Shown here in pieces: positions 36,220-51,908 of a DNA stretch of 64,000 bases. Origin of the DNA: the human T2T-CHM13v2.0 reference genome, Homo sapiens. Position numbers and translations under genes: made by a program. Below the pieces are notes generated by a model. It saw only the letters and a list, made by a program, of their open reading frames with translations, did no database searches and was not told the DNA's origin. How positions within the stretch are numbered: the stretch's first letter is position 1; every line of letters begins with the position of its first letter. The stretch is taken from NCBI RefSeq assembly GCF_009914755.1, contig NC_060932.1; one strand, given 5' to 3'.

Positions 36220-38167
36220 GAAAAAGCTCTTCCTTGTGCCATTATTTTTAGATTTTCATTTAGGAATTTTCCAATATATTTTTTCAATGTTAACACCCAT
36301 AGGATGCTAGTGATTTTATGACTGTACAGTGTGGGCTACAGTAGAATAGATTTAAAGTTTTCTGAATCTTTCATAAGCATTTATGCTTATAGATTTGGTT
36401 GACTTTGGCACTGATTCTTGTTTTCATTAGCTAATTGATTTAGAGTTATCTTTTATGTTATCTGTTATTCATTCTCAGATTTAAAATTTCTCACAATCTT
36501 TTTAATCATTGTTGATATTGATTGTATGCACTCTTCCAGTGTAGAATTTATCCTTTAATTGCTTTGGAACAAATTATAGCATTTTTGCCATTGTGCTACT
36601 ATTGATAGTTTTTTCCTGTTAAATATAAGCACAATGTCTGTTTTGCCAGTTGCATGTGATAGCCCATGTTCATTTATTATATTTTGTGTGAAGTAATTAT
36701 ATTAATATGAAAGGTCTTCAACAAGGTCACTGACCAGTCCTTATCTAGGCTGATTTGTTGTTTTAAAAAGCCACATCACAATCACTTATTTAATGTTTAA
36801 AAAATGTGTAAATATTTGACTCCTCCGAATGTTAATACTGCCTTCTGCCACTTGAGTACTCATCTGTGGACTGATGTGATGAAGCCTATTTCTCATTTTG
36901 TGCTTCATCCCCATGGAAGAAATCCAGGAGGCAGCTTTGTTGACTTCAAAGGAAGTCCAACACAGACCAGCTCAAAAGAGAAAACTCAAGATCTGACCCA
37001 AAGTTTTCAAATAATTTCCCTTATTTAATTTTGTGTGCCCTGAACTCTTTTGAACTAAAGTAATATGTGTCATTTCCATTCCTTGTGGTGTGAATGTTGT
37101 TGCTAGAAGGAACTATTACTCCACACAAGTAATAAGAGATTCTCAGTTTTCTTAAAAATTAGGTTGTTTTCATTAAATGAATAGAAGGTCTGGTTTTACT
37201 TTATTTGTGGACACTCAGCTTGCTATAATAGAAGTTAACAATAAAACAGGTAATTCCTAAAGGCAGGAAATATCCTCCTCTGAACTTTTTTCTGTACTGG
37301 TATCCAAAATAGATACGCCTCCCCTAATCATTCCATTTGTCTTTAACTTATAGTTGTAATGAATTGTGTTACTGCTCAAGAACAAATTTGTCAGCCACCC
37401 TCAGCAAATGTACAAAAGTTTATGTCACACATTTTATGTACTAGTTTTATTTCTTGCTCCATTTTAAGTTTCTAGCCTTATTTTCCCTTTCCCACATTTT
37501 CCTCAGCTATTTGCAATGTATTTTACTTTGCTACTTTGCAGTATCACGTGCATCTGTAGAAGCCCTTTTAACCTTGGAACAGTATGGAAAAATTTTGTTA
37601 CAGATATAAAATAAAAAATATATACACAGGTCAGAGAACAAATGTGGGAATTCTTCTAGTTGCTAAACATGTCTATTCTAACTATTCACTCCAGAAGTGA
37701 AGAAATAAACATGGGGTAGGTTTGGGGATCAACTAAGCCCACTAGGGCATAGGCTCAAGCCAATACCCCAGAAATCATCCAGTCTTCATAAGCCTCTCTA
37801 ATGTGGTGAATCACAATGACATTTTGGGCATCAAGAAACTAAGGTCAGTTTAGAATTAATGTCCAGTCATCCCCAAAGGTCCAATTAGTTCCTGTTCCCA
37901 GAAACACAGTCATCTGAGTAAATGGACTGAGGTCCTATTGTGGAAGACCAGGAAAAAGATTTACAGTGAGGATGCTGGTTCCAGAGATTTGACCTCTTCA
38001 TTCAATGAGCTCTGGGGCTATGAACTGGCTCAAGTCCGGAACTGGTTAAGGAGCTGTGGCTCTCTGTTGCAGTGACTCGAGTGGTACCTCTGTTAGTCAG
38101 AAAGGAAATACTTCTGCTATACAAATCAAGAAAGGCATTAGTAAGCTGCTCACCTATTTCAGTCCTA

Positions 38168-38584
<417 letters not shown>

Positions 38585-41500
38585 TCAATATTTTTATCTC
38601 ATATTCCTCTATTATCTAACATAAGATGTGTTAACTGTAGTTAACCTTATATCTCAGTATTTAGACTATAGAATATGAAATAGCAAGTGTGACTCAGATA
38701 AAAGAATGAATATTACCCCAGGATGAATAAATGGGCATGTGGGACTTTGTATATTTCCTTTTGGGAAGAAAGTCAGTATGTTTTTGTGTGCATAAGTGTG
38801 ACATGTTATGTGGAAGCACAAATTTGGGAATTAAATGTGGTTAAAAGAGGCATGGGTTGGGTGCCAGACTGTCAAGGGATGGACTGTTGTGATTTACAGT
38901 GTGTTCCCTGGGGTCAGTTGGGAACTGTATTTCCCAAAGCCTCTGCTGTATAACGATTTTGTGTTAGAGTTGGATAGAAGAGGAATTATATGAAGTTTGG
39001 TGGGGTAGAGATGCAAAAATAAAATTTGTTAAGACTTTCAGAAAGTCTTTTCACAGTAAGATAATGAGGGACACAGCAGAGGTCTACAGCCAGTAGCAGC
39101 TTGTAACTCATTCTCTGCATGATGTCTAGCTCTTCCTCCTGACTAATGGCCCTGGGGACCCTCAGAGAGAGCCCAGGCCCACCACCATCTAGTTATAGAG
39201 TCAATATCTTTCCAAAGACCTCTCCAAAAATTTCTCTGTCGCCACCACACTATGGTGGCTGGGCATGCTTGGCTTCTCAGACATGTTAGTGGCTCCTCTG
39301 ATCCTCCCGTTCCCTTTTCGGAACTTTACTTCCTCAGCTGTAAGATCTCGTTCCTATCGTAAATCCATTATTTATAACACCCAGTGACTCTGTTCCCCTG
39401 ACTGAATCATGATGGACACAAATATTATATATTGATTTTCCACTACAAAAAAATGAAAACTTGTTTTTCTCCCACTTCTTCCCTATCCACCCTCCTCCCA
39501 TTCTTCAAATATGGTTAGATCAATATTACGTGGTTCTATTATTATGACTAAATATGTTATTCAGAGCTGAGTCATGTAGGAAACTGTGACTACAGTTACT
39601 TTTCTGGCAACTTTTTGTTTTCTCTGGAATTATCATCACCTTGTTTTCTCCTTTGCAGAGTTTTTTTTTTTTACCAGGAATTCAACCCAAACTTTCTTCA
39701 GGTCATTTTAATTACCTCTTAATACCTTCATTCATACCACGTAGGCCATCAATTTCATCTTCTTAACATCCCTTTTGAAAGCTCTGGCATGCTTCAGCTA
39801 GACTAGTTCACGTTTGTGCCTGATACACAGTTTTCATTCTGGGATGTCCCCTCACCATCTTCCTAAGGATTCCCTTTCTCTCTCACCTCTGGTGGACTTT
39901 GTTTCCTGTGTCTCATATCTTCCTTTTTCCTAATCCTTTTTTGTGGTGAAGAATATTCTCCAAGAGTTTCCTTAAAATTTTGCATAGGGATAAATATTTT
40001 GAAATTTTGCACATTCAAAATATGTCCCTATTCTACCCTCACAACTGATTGTTTGACTGTATAAAATTCTAGATTGAAATCATTCTCCTTTAGTATTTTG
40101 AAGGCATTTCTTCATGGCTTTTTACCTTCCAATATTGCTTGGCAGAAGGCAAAAACCACTCTAATTACTGATTCTTTTTTATGTTCCTTGTCCCAGAAGC
40201 TTACAGGCCTGAAATTTCACTAAAAGTACTTAAGTGTGGATCTATTTTCATTGACTTTGCTGGAAGTTTGATGACCTTTTACATCTGCAACTTTATGTCC
40301 TTCCAGTCTTGAAATATTCTTGAGATGTTTTGTGGATTTTTCTCCCCTTCATTTTCTTGCCTCTTTTTTTTTGAATAACTATTATTCAAATATTGGACTG
40401 TATAGAATGGTCCTCTAATTTTTCTACACTTTCTCTCCTATTTTTCATCTCTTTGTCTCTTTTTCTCTACTTTTTGGAATATTCTCTCAATTTTATCCTC
40501 CAATTCTTCTAATGCATTTTTCATTGCTTTTCTCATTTTGTTAAAATGCAAGAGGTCTCCTTTTCTTTATACAAATTTCTTTCCTGTATATTAGTCTGTT
40601 TCTTCCAAGCTGCTTTTCTCTGTGTCTTTACCTTTCATCTTTAAGGATTTGAGGATTTTCTTGATATGTGGTAATCCTTAGATATTTGCTTATATTTAAA
40701 AGTGAGATAAAAGGCTGATTAATAACTCATCACACTTGGGTGATGCTTTTCAACTTGAGCTTTACCATATGGTAAAAATGGACCATAAGTCAACTGACTG
40801 AGAAATTTATTAGGGGAATCCAAATATAATTTATTTAATTGTTTTCACTGGTTGGTCAGATTTCCCAGAGAAAAGTTTGCCAGGATTCTTCCAAAAGGGT
40901 AACTTCTGGAGGAACAGGGAGGGTTGGGGGTGGATAGTGATTGTTTTCTCTTTTATTCTTCTTTTCCTTGTAGACTCTTCCCCTTTTGAAAAAAAAAAAA
41001 GTATTTTGCTGAAGATTTAATGGAGTTTCTAGAAAGAGCAAAAGTAGAAGCATGCAAGTCTGTTCTATTGTTGTTTTTCTTCATGTGTTTTGCCTTTATT
41101 CATTCAACAAATATTTAATGATGTCCTTTATATTGACATTGTTAGGGTGCTAAGGATACAGCAGTGAGAAAGGAAGACAAGATCTTTCCCCTTATGAAAC
41201 TTACATCCCAACTGAGAAGAGTTAAAAAATAAAAAGTAAATAAATAAACAATAGATTGTCTTTGACTTCCAAGGTTTTTATTTTATTTTAGTACTTTTTA
41301 TTCTGATACCATATTTAAAACTCCCAAATAGCCTTTACCAAGTATCACCAGTTACTTAAAATTTACTTCATTTCCTTTATCATTTACTTTATAGCTTTGC
41401 ATTTGAAAAATATAAACCATTGATGAGTAAACTTTAAACATGGTCTGTTACTCTTAAATACTTCAGTGTATACTTCCTGAGACAGTAACACCTACTTATA

Positions 41501-42220
41501 TAACCTCAATATTACGAAAATTAGAAAACTTAATATTGATGTAACATTATTATCTAATCCAAAGTCTATATTCAAACATTCTGAGCTGTCCAATATGTCC
41601 AATAAGTTACAAACATGTTCTCCAAACCAGGATTGAGTCAAGAATTATATAAGAATTATATACTATACCAGTTGTCATGCTTGTTTGTCCCCTTTAGCCT
41701 AGAACTGTTCCTCAGGCTTACTTTGTCATTCATGTCCTTGATGTTTTCAAAAGCACAGTTCATTTTGTCCCGTGTCCTTTAGTTTGGCTTCTGATGTTTC
41801 TTCATAACTAGATTGAGGTTATGCTTTCTTTAGGAGAAATGCTGTAGAATTGTTGTGGTATTTGCCGTAGGACATCACATCAAAAGGAACATGATGTTGG
41901 TCTGTCCCATCACGTCAAGAAGAAGAGAACGTTGATCTGTTCCATTACCCAGTACTTGGTTAAGATGTTTTCTGTCAGGATTTTACATGGTAAAGTCACT
42001 ATTTTTCCTTTTGACGTTAATAATTAATATATGGAAAACACTTTGGAACTATGTAAATGTTCTCGTTCTCATTAAAATTTCACCCACTAATTTTGGTATC
42101 TATTAGTAATTTTTGTCTGATCAATTATTACTCTGATGTTTGCCAAATTGTAACTTTCTGACTATATTATTTTTTCCACAATTCTTAGTTGTCATTTTAC
42201 TGTAAGAAAGAGCCTTTTCA

Positions 42221-42482
42221 GTTGGGCCCAGTGGCTCATTCTTGCAATCCCACCACTTTTGGAGGCCAAGGAAGGATGATCACTTGTGGCCAAGAATTTG
42301 AGACCAGCCTTGGCAATATAGTGAGACCCTGTCTCCATCAAAAAATAAAATAAAATAAAATAAAATAAATTTTAAAAAATAGCCGGGCATGATGGTGTGT
42401 GTCTGTAGTTCTAGGTACTTGGGAGGCTGAAGTGGGAGGATCACCTAAGCCCAGGAGTTGGCGGTTGCAGTGAGCTATGATC
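42221..42482 (+). mobile_element. AluJ-like, 3' end replaced by purine microsatellite
   Basis: Alu body ends at gagctatgatc and runs directly into (GGGA)n(GGAA)n. Confidence 0.85.
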
Positions 42483-42596
42483 AGGGAGGGAGGGAAGGAG
42501 GGAGGGAGAGAAGGAGGGAGGGAGGGAAGGAGGGAGGGAGGAAGGGAGGGAGGGAGGAAGGAAGGAAGGAAGGAAGGAAGGAAGGAAGGAAGGAAG
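42483..42596 (+). repeat. (GGGA)n/(GGAA)n microsatellite, 10 consecutive GGAA at 42556-42595
   Basis: Direct reading. Confidence 0.95.
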
Positions 42597-43982
42597 CTTT
42601 CTCTTTTCCAGGAATGATTGATTGGTATCAGTCTGGATCCATGGATTCTTATTTTGTTTAATAAGTTATATTGTGTTATTATATTTATTTTGATGTTTGA
42701 TTTGTCCCAGATTTGGTCTGTGAGGAAATTTTAAACTAGGTTCTGTGTCCTTCTGATATGTTCTCAACATATTTCGAATTCATTTTTACTTTTTTTACAA
42801 CCATAACTTCCAGACTCATCTTGTATTTTCCTTCTTCAAGCCTTGGAATGCATCTTTTCTCCAGGCAGTCTTGGCTTCTTTTAGTGGAGAATTATATTAT
42901 GAAATGAAAAGCTGGATGCTGAGTGTATACATTGCTGCTGTAGTGTCATAGCTTCTAGCTCTTTTCAGTGTCAGAGTTAAAACCATGAATTCTTTATGTA
43001 CTCTCCTATTCCAATCCAACACTAAGCTTATTCTAGCCTTTCCGCTTCCCATATTTGTAACTACCTCTGCAACAGTGACAAATGTGAACTGGAAATAAAT
43101 ATAAAGAGCCATTACTTCTTTTGTGTAAGTGTCAAGAAAAGCATTGCAGGATGATATATGAGCTTGGTCTTGAAGGCTGAGTAGGATTTTATCAGAGAAG
43201 TTAGAAAGGGCATTTAAGTCAAAAGTGATAGAAGAGGGAAAACAGAGAGCTATAAAGTCAAATAGTTGTCTAACCGACCAATGTGCTATTTGGGTGTGGC
43301 ACAGAGTGAAGGAGGGAAGATGAAAGTTTAGATTGGCAAAGTAGATAAGTGAACTGGACTTCCATGCAAACAAATATAAATTTTATATTCAATGCATTGA
43401 AGATTTTCAATTTTAAGTAGGACTTGTAACATATTCGATTCTACATTAAAAAGATAATTACTTTGGCAATACTGAGAATGCCTTGAAAGAAAACCAGTTA
43501 AGAGGTTGGTTACAAAAAACTATATGTACACACACATATATAATAATATGATTCATTATATATTATATGACCATATTATATATTATATGTATGCACATAC
43601 ATTACAGTTGATTCTTATTACTTATGATGGATAGGTTCTATAAAATCACTATGAACACTGAATCAGTGAACACTGGAACATTATTCCTATGAGAAATACA
43701 GCCTTAGGTTCCTACAAGCCTTTGATCACAACATTTTCATCAACTAATCATTACATAATCTTGTTTTACGTATGCTTCTGTTTAAAGACACTTTATTTAA
43801 TATATATTGTTAATACATTAACACCAAACTCATGGCAACAGTACTATTTCTCATGCCTGTGGGAAGCTTATTTAACACATGTATTTTCTTCCATAAGGCA
43901 CATCACATTCTTCTTGCACTTAGGAATACTAGACAGTACTTTTACACCTCAGCTGGGAATGATTTTAAAGAATGAAACCATC

Positions 43983-44757
<775 letters not shown>

Positions 44758-47319
44758 CTAAATAGATTGCAAAAAGGACACTTGTTTGCAGTATGAAAGC
44801 TGAAACGAGAAGGCAGAACAGCATCTTATCAACACACTGGAAATGTGCACACTGAAAGTCTCAAATTTTTCAACACTCTGTGAATGTCCATGACTCCCTG
44901 TGAAAGTGCCACAAATATTAATTTTGGGGTTACATGTACAGAGGACCTGTACAGCAGAGCCATTAATGGACCTCAGATACCTTTGCTGTTCCAAGTGAGA
45001 AGGCAAATTTGCAAATATGGAATCTGAATAATGAGTATCAACTGTATATACAGAAATACATACATACATATGAAACTAAACCAGTGCAATGTTAGTGGAA
45101 ATGAAAAGGAAGGAAGATGACCGGTTCAATATGGGAGTAGGAGAGGTAGAAAACAAAGATGATGCTGAAGTTTCTATTTTGGAAGACTGGGTAAATGTTG
45201 ATGTTATTACCAAAAAAACACAATCCTAAAGAAGATTAGGAGTGTCTTAGGGGTCTTAGGAGAAAGAAAGAATACAATTTTGGAAACGTAGAATTTTGGA
45301 ACATGAACAGCATCCTCATAGAAATAGCAAGAAATCATTTGGGAATAATGTGGAACTGAAGCACCTTGCAGAAGCCATAACTAGAGATATAAAATTTAAT
45401 TATGAAGTGCACATATAATACAATGAGGCTGTGAAAATGGAAGAGGTTGTCTTGGTATGGAGGCAAAATCCAAAGAGAAAACCTTGAAAAAACAATTAAA
45501 TGTAAGGGACCTACAGGAAGAGAAGCAGTGAATAAGCCAAGGAGAAAATTGAGAGGAAATAACTCAAATCTAAAGAACATAAAAGGACAATAACAAGTAA
45601 AGAAGGCTGGCCAATATTTTCTAAGAAGGACAGAAAGTAAAGGAAATATTTTACATGCAAACATGTATGTAATACAATTCTAAATATGTAACATTATTTG
45701 TATCTTTGCCTGTGTCACACTAATTTTTATCATGCTTCCAGATGGTAGAAATGATTTAAGATTAGAAAGGTAGGTATTCCCAAAGCATACCAGAGTTCAA
45801 ATGGACCAGTGCAATAGTGTATTGGGGAAATCAGAAGCAACCTGTTACTATCAATCCAAAGACAGAGAAAGAAAGATACACATCAAAGATCATGAAAAGT
45901 TGATTCATGAAGCCACATTAAGAAACAGAGGTTTGAGTATCTCATCCTAGCAGGGCCTATCCACAAGCAGAGTATGATGAGAGAATAGGGGCAGAAAACT
46001 GGGAAAGAATACAACAGAAAGAGAAGATCAGGCATGATGAAGAGTAGGCCAGAACTTCCAGAAAGAAGACTTTTAGATCCCAGAAATGGTAAGCTAGACT
46101 ATTTGAACCAACCCACCTGCTGAAAACAACTAAAAATGATGAACATAATATTAATAAACAGCCAAGGAAGCATTAATATAATAAGGAAATTACAGGCCAA
46201 ACAAGACCCTAGGAAGGTAAGTAAGAACAAAAGCTACTTTCATCCTGAGGGTATTTGCCCAACTTACGAATTTTGAATTTTAATTTTCTCAAGACGAAGA
46301 AAGTCCATTGTGGCAAGAGAAATAGAAGCACACACCAACTGAGGAATAAACTAGAAGACCTCTCTCATAATAAACTGGTACAATAGTTATACCCTCAGCG
46401 TCAAGGTAGCTCAGTAGTAAATCAGTCCTCATCACATCTTGCATCCCACATTTACATCATTTGGGTGGTTTAGGGACCCTGAAGCATTGAATTTAAATTA
46501 AGGTGATCCTAGACTGATAGTGTCCACAGGTGCTGGCAGAAGCAAATTCAAAACCTGTCTGGGAATAAAGTAATTTCATCTTGGACTCCATTATTCCTGC
46601 AAATAATTTTTCAAACACAATGACTAGCATAAAATAAAGGATAATCAGATACGTACACACAAAAAGCACTGTGGGTAAGAAACAACAAACAAACTAAAAA
46701 GATCCATGAAGATCCCAAATGTTGGTGTAATCAGACATACTATAAAACAGTCATGCTTTAATGTATTTAAAGAAGTAAAAATGAAGCTTGATGATATCTA
46801 CAGGGCATAGATTTGGCAGCAAATAAGATAGAAAGAAAAGGCTAAGGACAATAAGATTTTGGGAAGAGAAGAAAGGATTTTCTTTGCATCCATACATGCC
46901 TATATAATGAATAAAAGCAATAATAACATTCTAATCAAAATGCACTAGTAAGCCCCTGCTATGTAGCAGATACCTGTTGCTTTTGCATGTCTACTTTCCA
47001 TTTCCCCTTCCTCTAAAAAAGCAATCTTATTTTCCTTAAAGTTACTCATCCAACCCCATCCATTTATAAGTAAGGCTTACCTTTCTGTAGACCACAAGAG
47101 TGGTAACATGACCCCAGCCTGACCAATTAAAACATTCCATTTTCATTGTCACTGTGATTGATTCAGGAGTGAGACTGTTTCCCAAGACAAACCAATGAAA
47201 GTAGAACTGTTGATGGAACACCTGAGAGAACTGGAACTGCTCTTCCAGTTTAGGTTACTAAACTGGTAGGTTGTGAGTCTGGTGGCTATCTTGAAGCCAT
47301 GAGGAAAGAGCTTGCCTGT

Positions 47320-47694
47320 TGTATTAGCTTATTTTCACACTGCTATAAAGAAATTTCCACAACTGGGTAATTTATAAAAGAAAGAGGTTTACTTGACTCA
47401 CAGTTCTGCATGGCTGGGATGGCCTCAGGAAACTTACAATCATGGCAGAAGGGGAAGTGGTCATCTTCTTCACAAGGTGACAGGAGGGAGAGAGAGAGAG
47501 AGAGAGAGAAGGAAAGGGGGAAGAGCCCCTTATTAAACCATCAGCTCTAGTGAGATCTCAGTCACTATCATGAGAACAGCATGGGGGAAACTGCCCCCAT
47601 GATCCAATCACCTCCCACCAGGTCTCTCCCTCCACACCTGGGGTTTACAATTGAAGATGAGATTTGCATGGGAACACAAAGACTAACCATATCA
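47320..47694 (-). mobile_element. MaLR solo LTR (THE1/MST-type) nested in an older MLT1-like LTR
   Basis: tgtattag...accatatca termini; 5-bp TSD CCTGT (47315-47319, 47695-47699). Confidence 0.88.
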
Positions 47695-48109
47695 CCTGTG
47701 AACACCAAAACCAGAAAAAGAAAAGTTGAAAAAGAAAAACAGATTCCTGATGACATCCTTTCTAGACTCTATGTCTAAATGCCTGACACATTTCCATTTT
47801 ATGACCAGTACATTTCCTTCTCTTACTTAAACCAGCTTGAATTGAGTCCCTGTAAATTGCAAACAAAATAGTCCTGGTATAGAAGAATTATATTCAGAGC
47901 CCATGGCTAGGCACCACGGGTGAAATATCTGAAAAAGAGAGAGTTTGTCAATGAAGTAGAAAGAAAATTTAAAAAGAGGAAATGATTAGAAAATTTAAAT
48001 AATGAGACTGATATATTGCCAACCTATCCTAAAATAATCTCCTTCTTCTGAATTTTCATAGCACCTTACGAATTACCCTTTCTTGTCCCTTAAAACAGTT
48101 TACTTTGTA

Positions 48110-48245
48110 GGCCAGACACAGTGGCTCCTGTCTTGTAATCCCAGTGCTTTGGGAGGCTGAGATGGGAAGATTGTTTAAGGCCAAGAGTTTGAGACCAGAC
48201 TGGATAATATAGTGAGACCCTGTCTCCACAAAATCGAATAAAAAT
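48110..48245 (+). mobile_element. Alu monomer (FLAM-like)
   Basis: Single arm ending in A-rich tail. Confidence 0.75.
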
Positions 48246-48605
48246 GTTTATTTTGTATTGTAGCTTACTTTCTATATCTTTGTCTATGCTACAAATCTAC
48301 ATGCCTTTGGGAGCAAATAATCATATGGATTCAGAGTTATAAAGTACCTTGAACACACTTAGTAGGACTTCTAATTTCATAAACTGAGGTAGGGACCATG
48401 TCAATTTTGTCTTGATATCCTAGATGTATCCAGGAGGTAACATCGATTGAATAAAGGAGTGAATTTACTGAAATGAAAAGAGAAAAGGAAATAACAAAGA
48501 AAATAAATTGAGAAAAAGTAAGAAATACAGTAAAGAAAATTTTTGCATTTTGGGGAAGGGAGAAGAACAGGTTGGAATGCAGAGAAAGAAAGTGAAAAAG
48601 AATAA

Positions 48606-48994
<389 letters not shown>

Positions 48995-49227
48995 AATGCT
49001 TTCTTTTAGAATACTGACATTTCCAGTTTTTTTCTGCTTATGCAAATAATGATTTATTTTTTAAATATTCTGAGTACACATCAAACAACAGGAGGAGAGA
49101 ACTATGGATGTGTTCCTCATAGTGGGTAAGTTCTGATTTAAATCATGAAAAGAAGCTGGAGGCTGGAAGCACCCTAGACTGACTGGTAATGGGCTTATAG
49201 AAGTTCTTGATCATTCTGGTAGATTGT

Positions 49228-49600
49228 ACTGTGGTTCTTAAGTATTTACTCCCCATTTTCTTTAGAGTGATTGTTAATCTTATTCATTGCCATGGAACTT
49301 AGCAGTGTCTTCTTATGGGAGAAACATAGTTTCCTGCCTCGTTGGTATGTCTTGGCCATACAACTTGCTTTGGTCAGCAGCATGTGAGACCCATGCCACA
49401 TCCAAGCAGAAGCTTTAAGAACATAAAATGTTTTTCTTGCCCTTTTCGTTAGGTGTAAGAATGGCATGTTGCTATTCTATCCTGGATCCTGGAATTAAGA
49501 GGACATGTACAGCAGAGCCACTGATGGACCTCAGATACCTTTGTTGTTCCAAGTTATTGAGACTGGGGAATCATTTGTTACAACAGCAAAGCTGACTCAT
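49228..49600 (+). mobile_element. Old MaLR LTR (MLT1-type)
   Basis: tgtggttc... start, catacaacttgctttggtcagc, end ttgttacaacagcaaagctgactcatata. Confidence 0.6.
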
Positions 49601-51413
49601 ATATCATTAAATTGTCTTTGAGGCATGAACACCAATATTCTTTAAAGTAAACTCCTGAATTACTTTCCTTCCAGGACTACATGCTCTGAAATTAAATTGA
49701 TTCAGAAAAAAAATGCAATATTTGAAATATCATTTTGTCTATCTATATAAACTTTTTTATTTCTCAATACCTATGTTGTACATTAAAGAGAATGCCAAAA
49801 ATCCATTATTCGTGTGCACAATTCACAGATCTACAATGCCTGAGAATGTTAAAAAAAAAAAAAAGATTCACCATAACTTCTCCAAGCAGAGACTTAGATT
49901 GCTTTGCTCTCAATGCAGGAAAAATAGACTTTACTTATAAATGTTAAAAAAAAAAAAAAAAGAAAAGAAGAGACCGGGGACCTGGGCAAGATAGCAGAAT
50001 AGGAACAACTCCAGTCTGCAGCTCCCAGCGAGATCAACACAGAAGGTGGGCAATTTCTGCATTTCCAACTGAGGTACCTGGCTCATCTCACTGGGACTGG
50101 TTAAACAGTGGGTGCAGCCCACAGAGGGCGAGCAGAAGCAGGGTGGGGCCTTGCCTCACCCAGGAAGTGTGAGGGGTTGGGGAACTCCCTCCCCTAGCAA
50201 AGGAAAACTATGAGGGACTGTGCTGAGAGGAACTGTGCATTCTGGCCCAGATACTATGCTTTTTTCACAGTCTTCACAACCCTCAGACCAGGAGATTCCC
50301 TCAGGTGCCTACATCACCAGGGCCCTGAGTTTCAAGCAAAAAACTGGGTGGCCATTTGGGAAGACACCAAGCCAGCTGCAAGAGTTTTTTTTTCTTACCC
50401 CAGTGGCTCCTGGAATGCCAGCGAGACAGAGCCATTCACTGCCCTGGAAAGAGGGCTGAAGCCAGGGAGCCAAGTGGTCCAGCTCAGCAGATCCCATCCC
50501 GATGGAGCCCAGCAAGCTAAGATTGACTGGGTTGAAATTCTCGCTGCCAGCACAGCAGTCTGAAGTCGACCTGGGGCACTAGAGCTTGCTGCGGGGAGGG
50601 GCATCCACCATCACTGAGGCTTGAGTAGATAGTTTTCCCCTCACAGTGTAAACAAAGCCGCCTCAAAGTTCAAACTGGGCAGAGCCCACCACAGCTCTGC
50701 AAAGCCACTGTAGCCTTATTGCCTCTCTAGATTCCTCCTCTCTGGGCAGGGCATCTCTGAAAGAAAGGCAGCAGCTCCAGTCAGGAGCTTATAGATAAAG
50801 CTCCCATCTATCTGGGACAAATTACCTGGGGGAAGGGGCGGCTGTGGGGGTGGCTGTTGGGGTGGCTGTGGGCGCAGCTTCAGCAGACTTAAACATTCCT
50901 GCCTGCCAGCTCTGAAGACAACAGCAGATCTCCCAGCACAGCGCTCAAGCTCCGCTAAGGGACAGACTGCCTCCTCAAGTGGGTCCCTGATCCCTGTGCC
51001 TCCTGACTGGGAGACACCTTCCAGCAGTGGTTGACAGACACCTCATACAAGAGAGCTCTGGCTGGCATCTGGCGGGTGCCCCTCTGGGACGAAGCATCCA
51101 GAGGAAAGAACAGGCAGCAATCTTTGCTGTTTTGCAGCCTCCACTGGTGATGCCCATGTAAACAGGGTCTGGAATCAACCTCCAGCAAACTCCACCAGAC
51201 CTGCAACAGAGGGGCCTGACTGTTAGAAGGAAAACTAACAAACAGAAAGGAATAGCATCAACATCAACAAAAAGGATGCCCACACAGAAACCGCATTCGA
51301 AGGTCACCAACATCAAAGACCAAAGGTAGATAAATCCATGAAGATGAGGAAAACCAGCATAAAAAGATTGAAAATTCCAAAAACCAGAATGCCTCTTCTC
51401 CTCCAAAGGATCA

Positions 51414-51908
<495 letters not shown>

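Noticed and set aside
41641-41662. 11-bp tandem duplication agaattatata (similar at ~58382)
   Set aside because: Ordinary slippage duplications.
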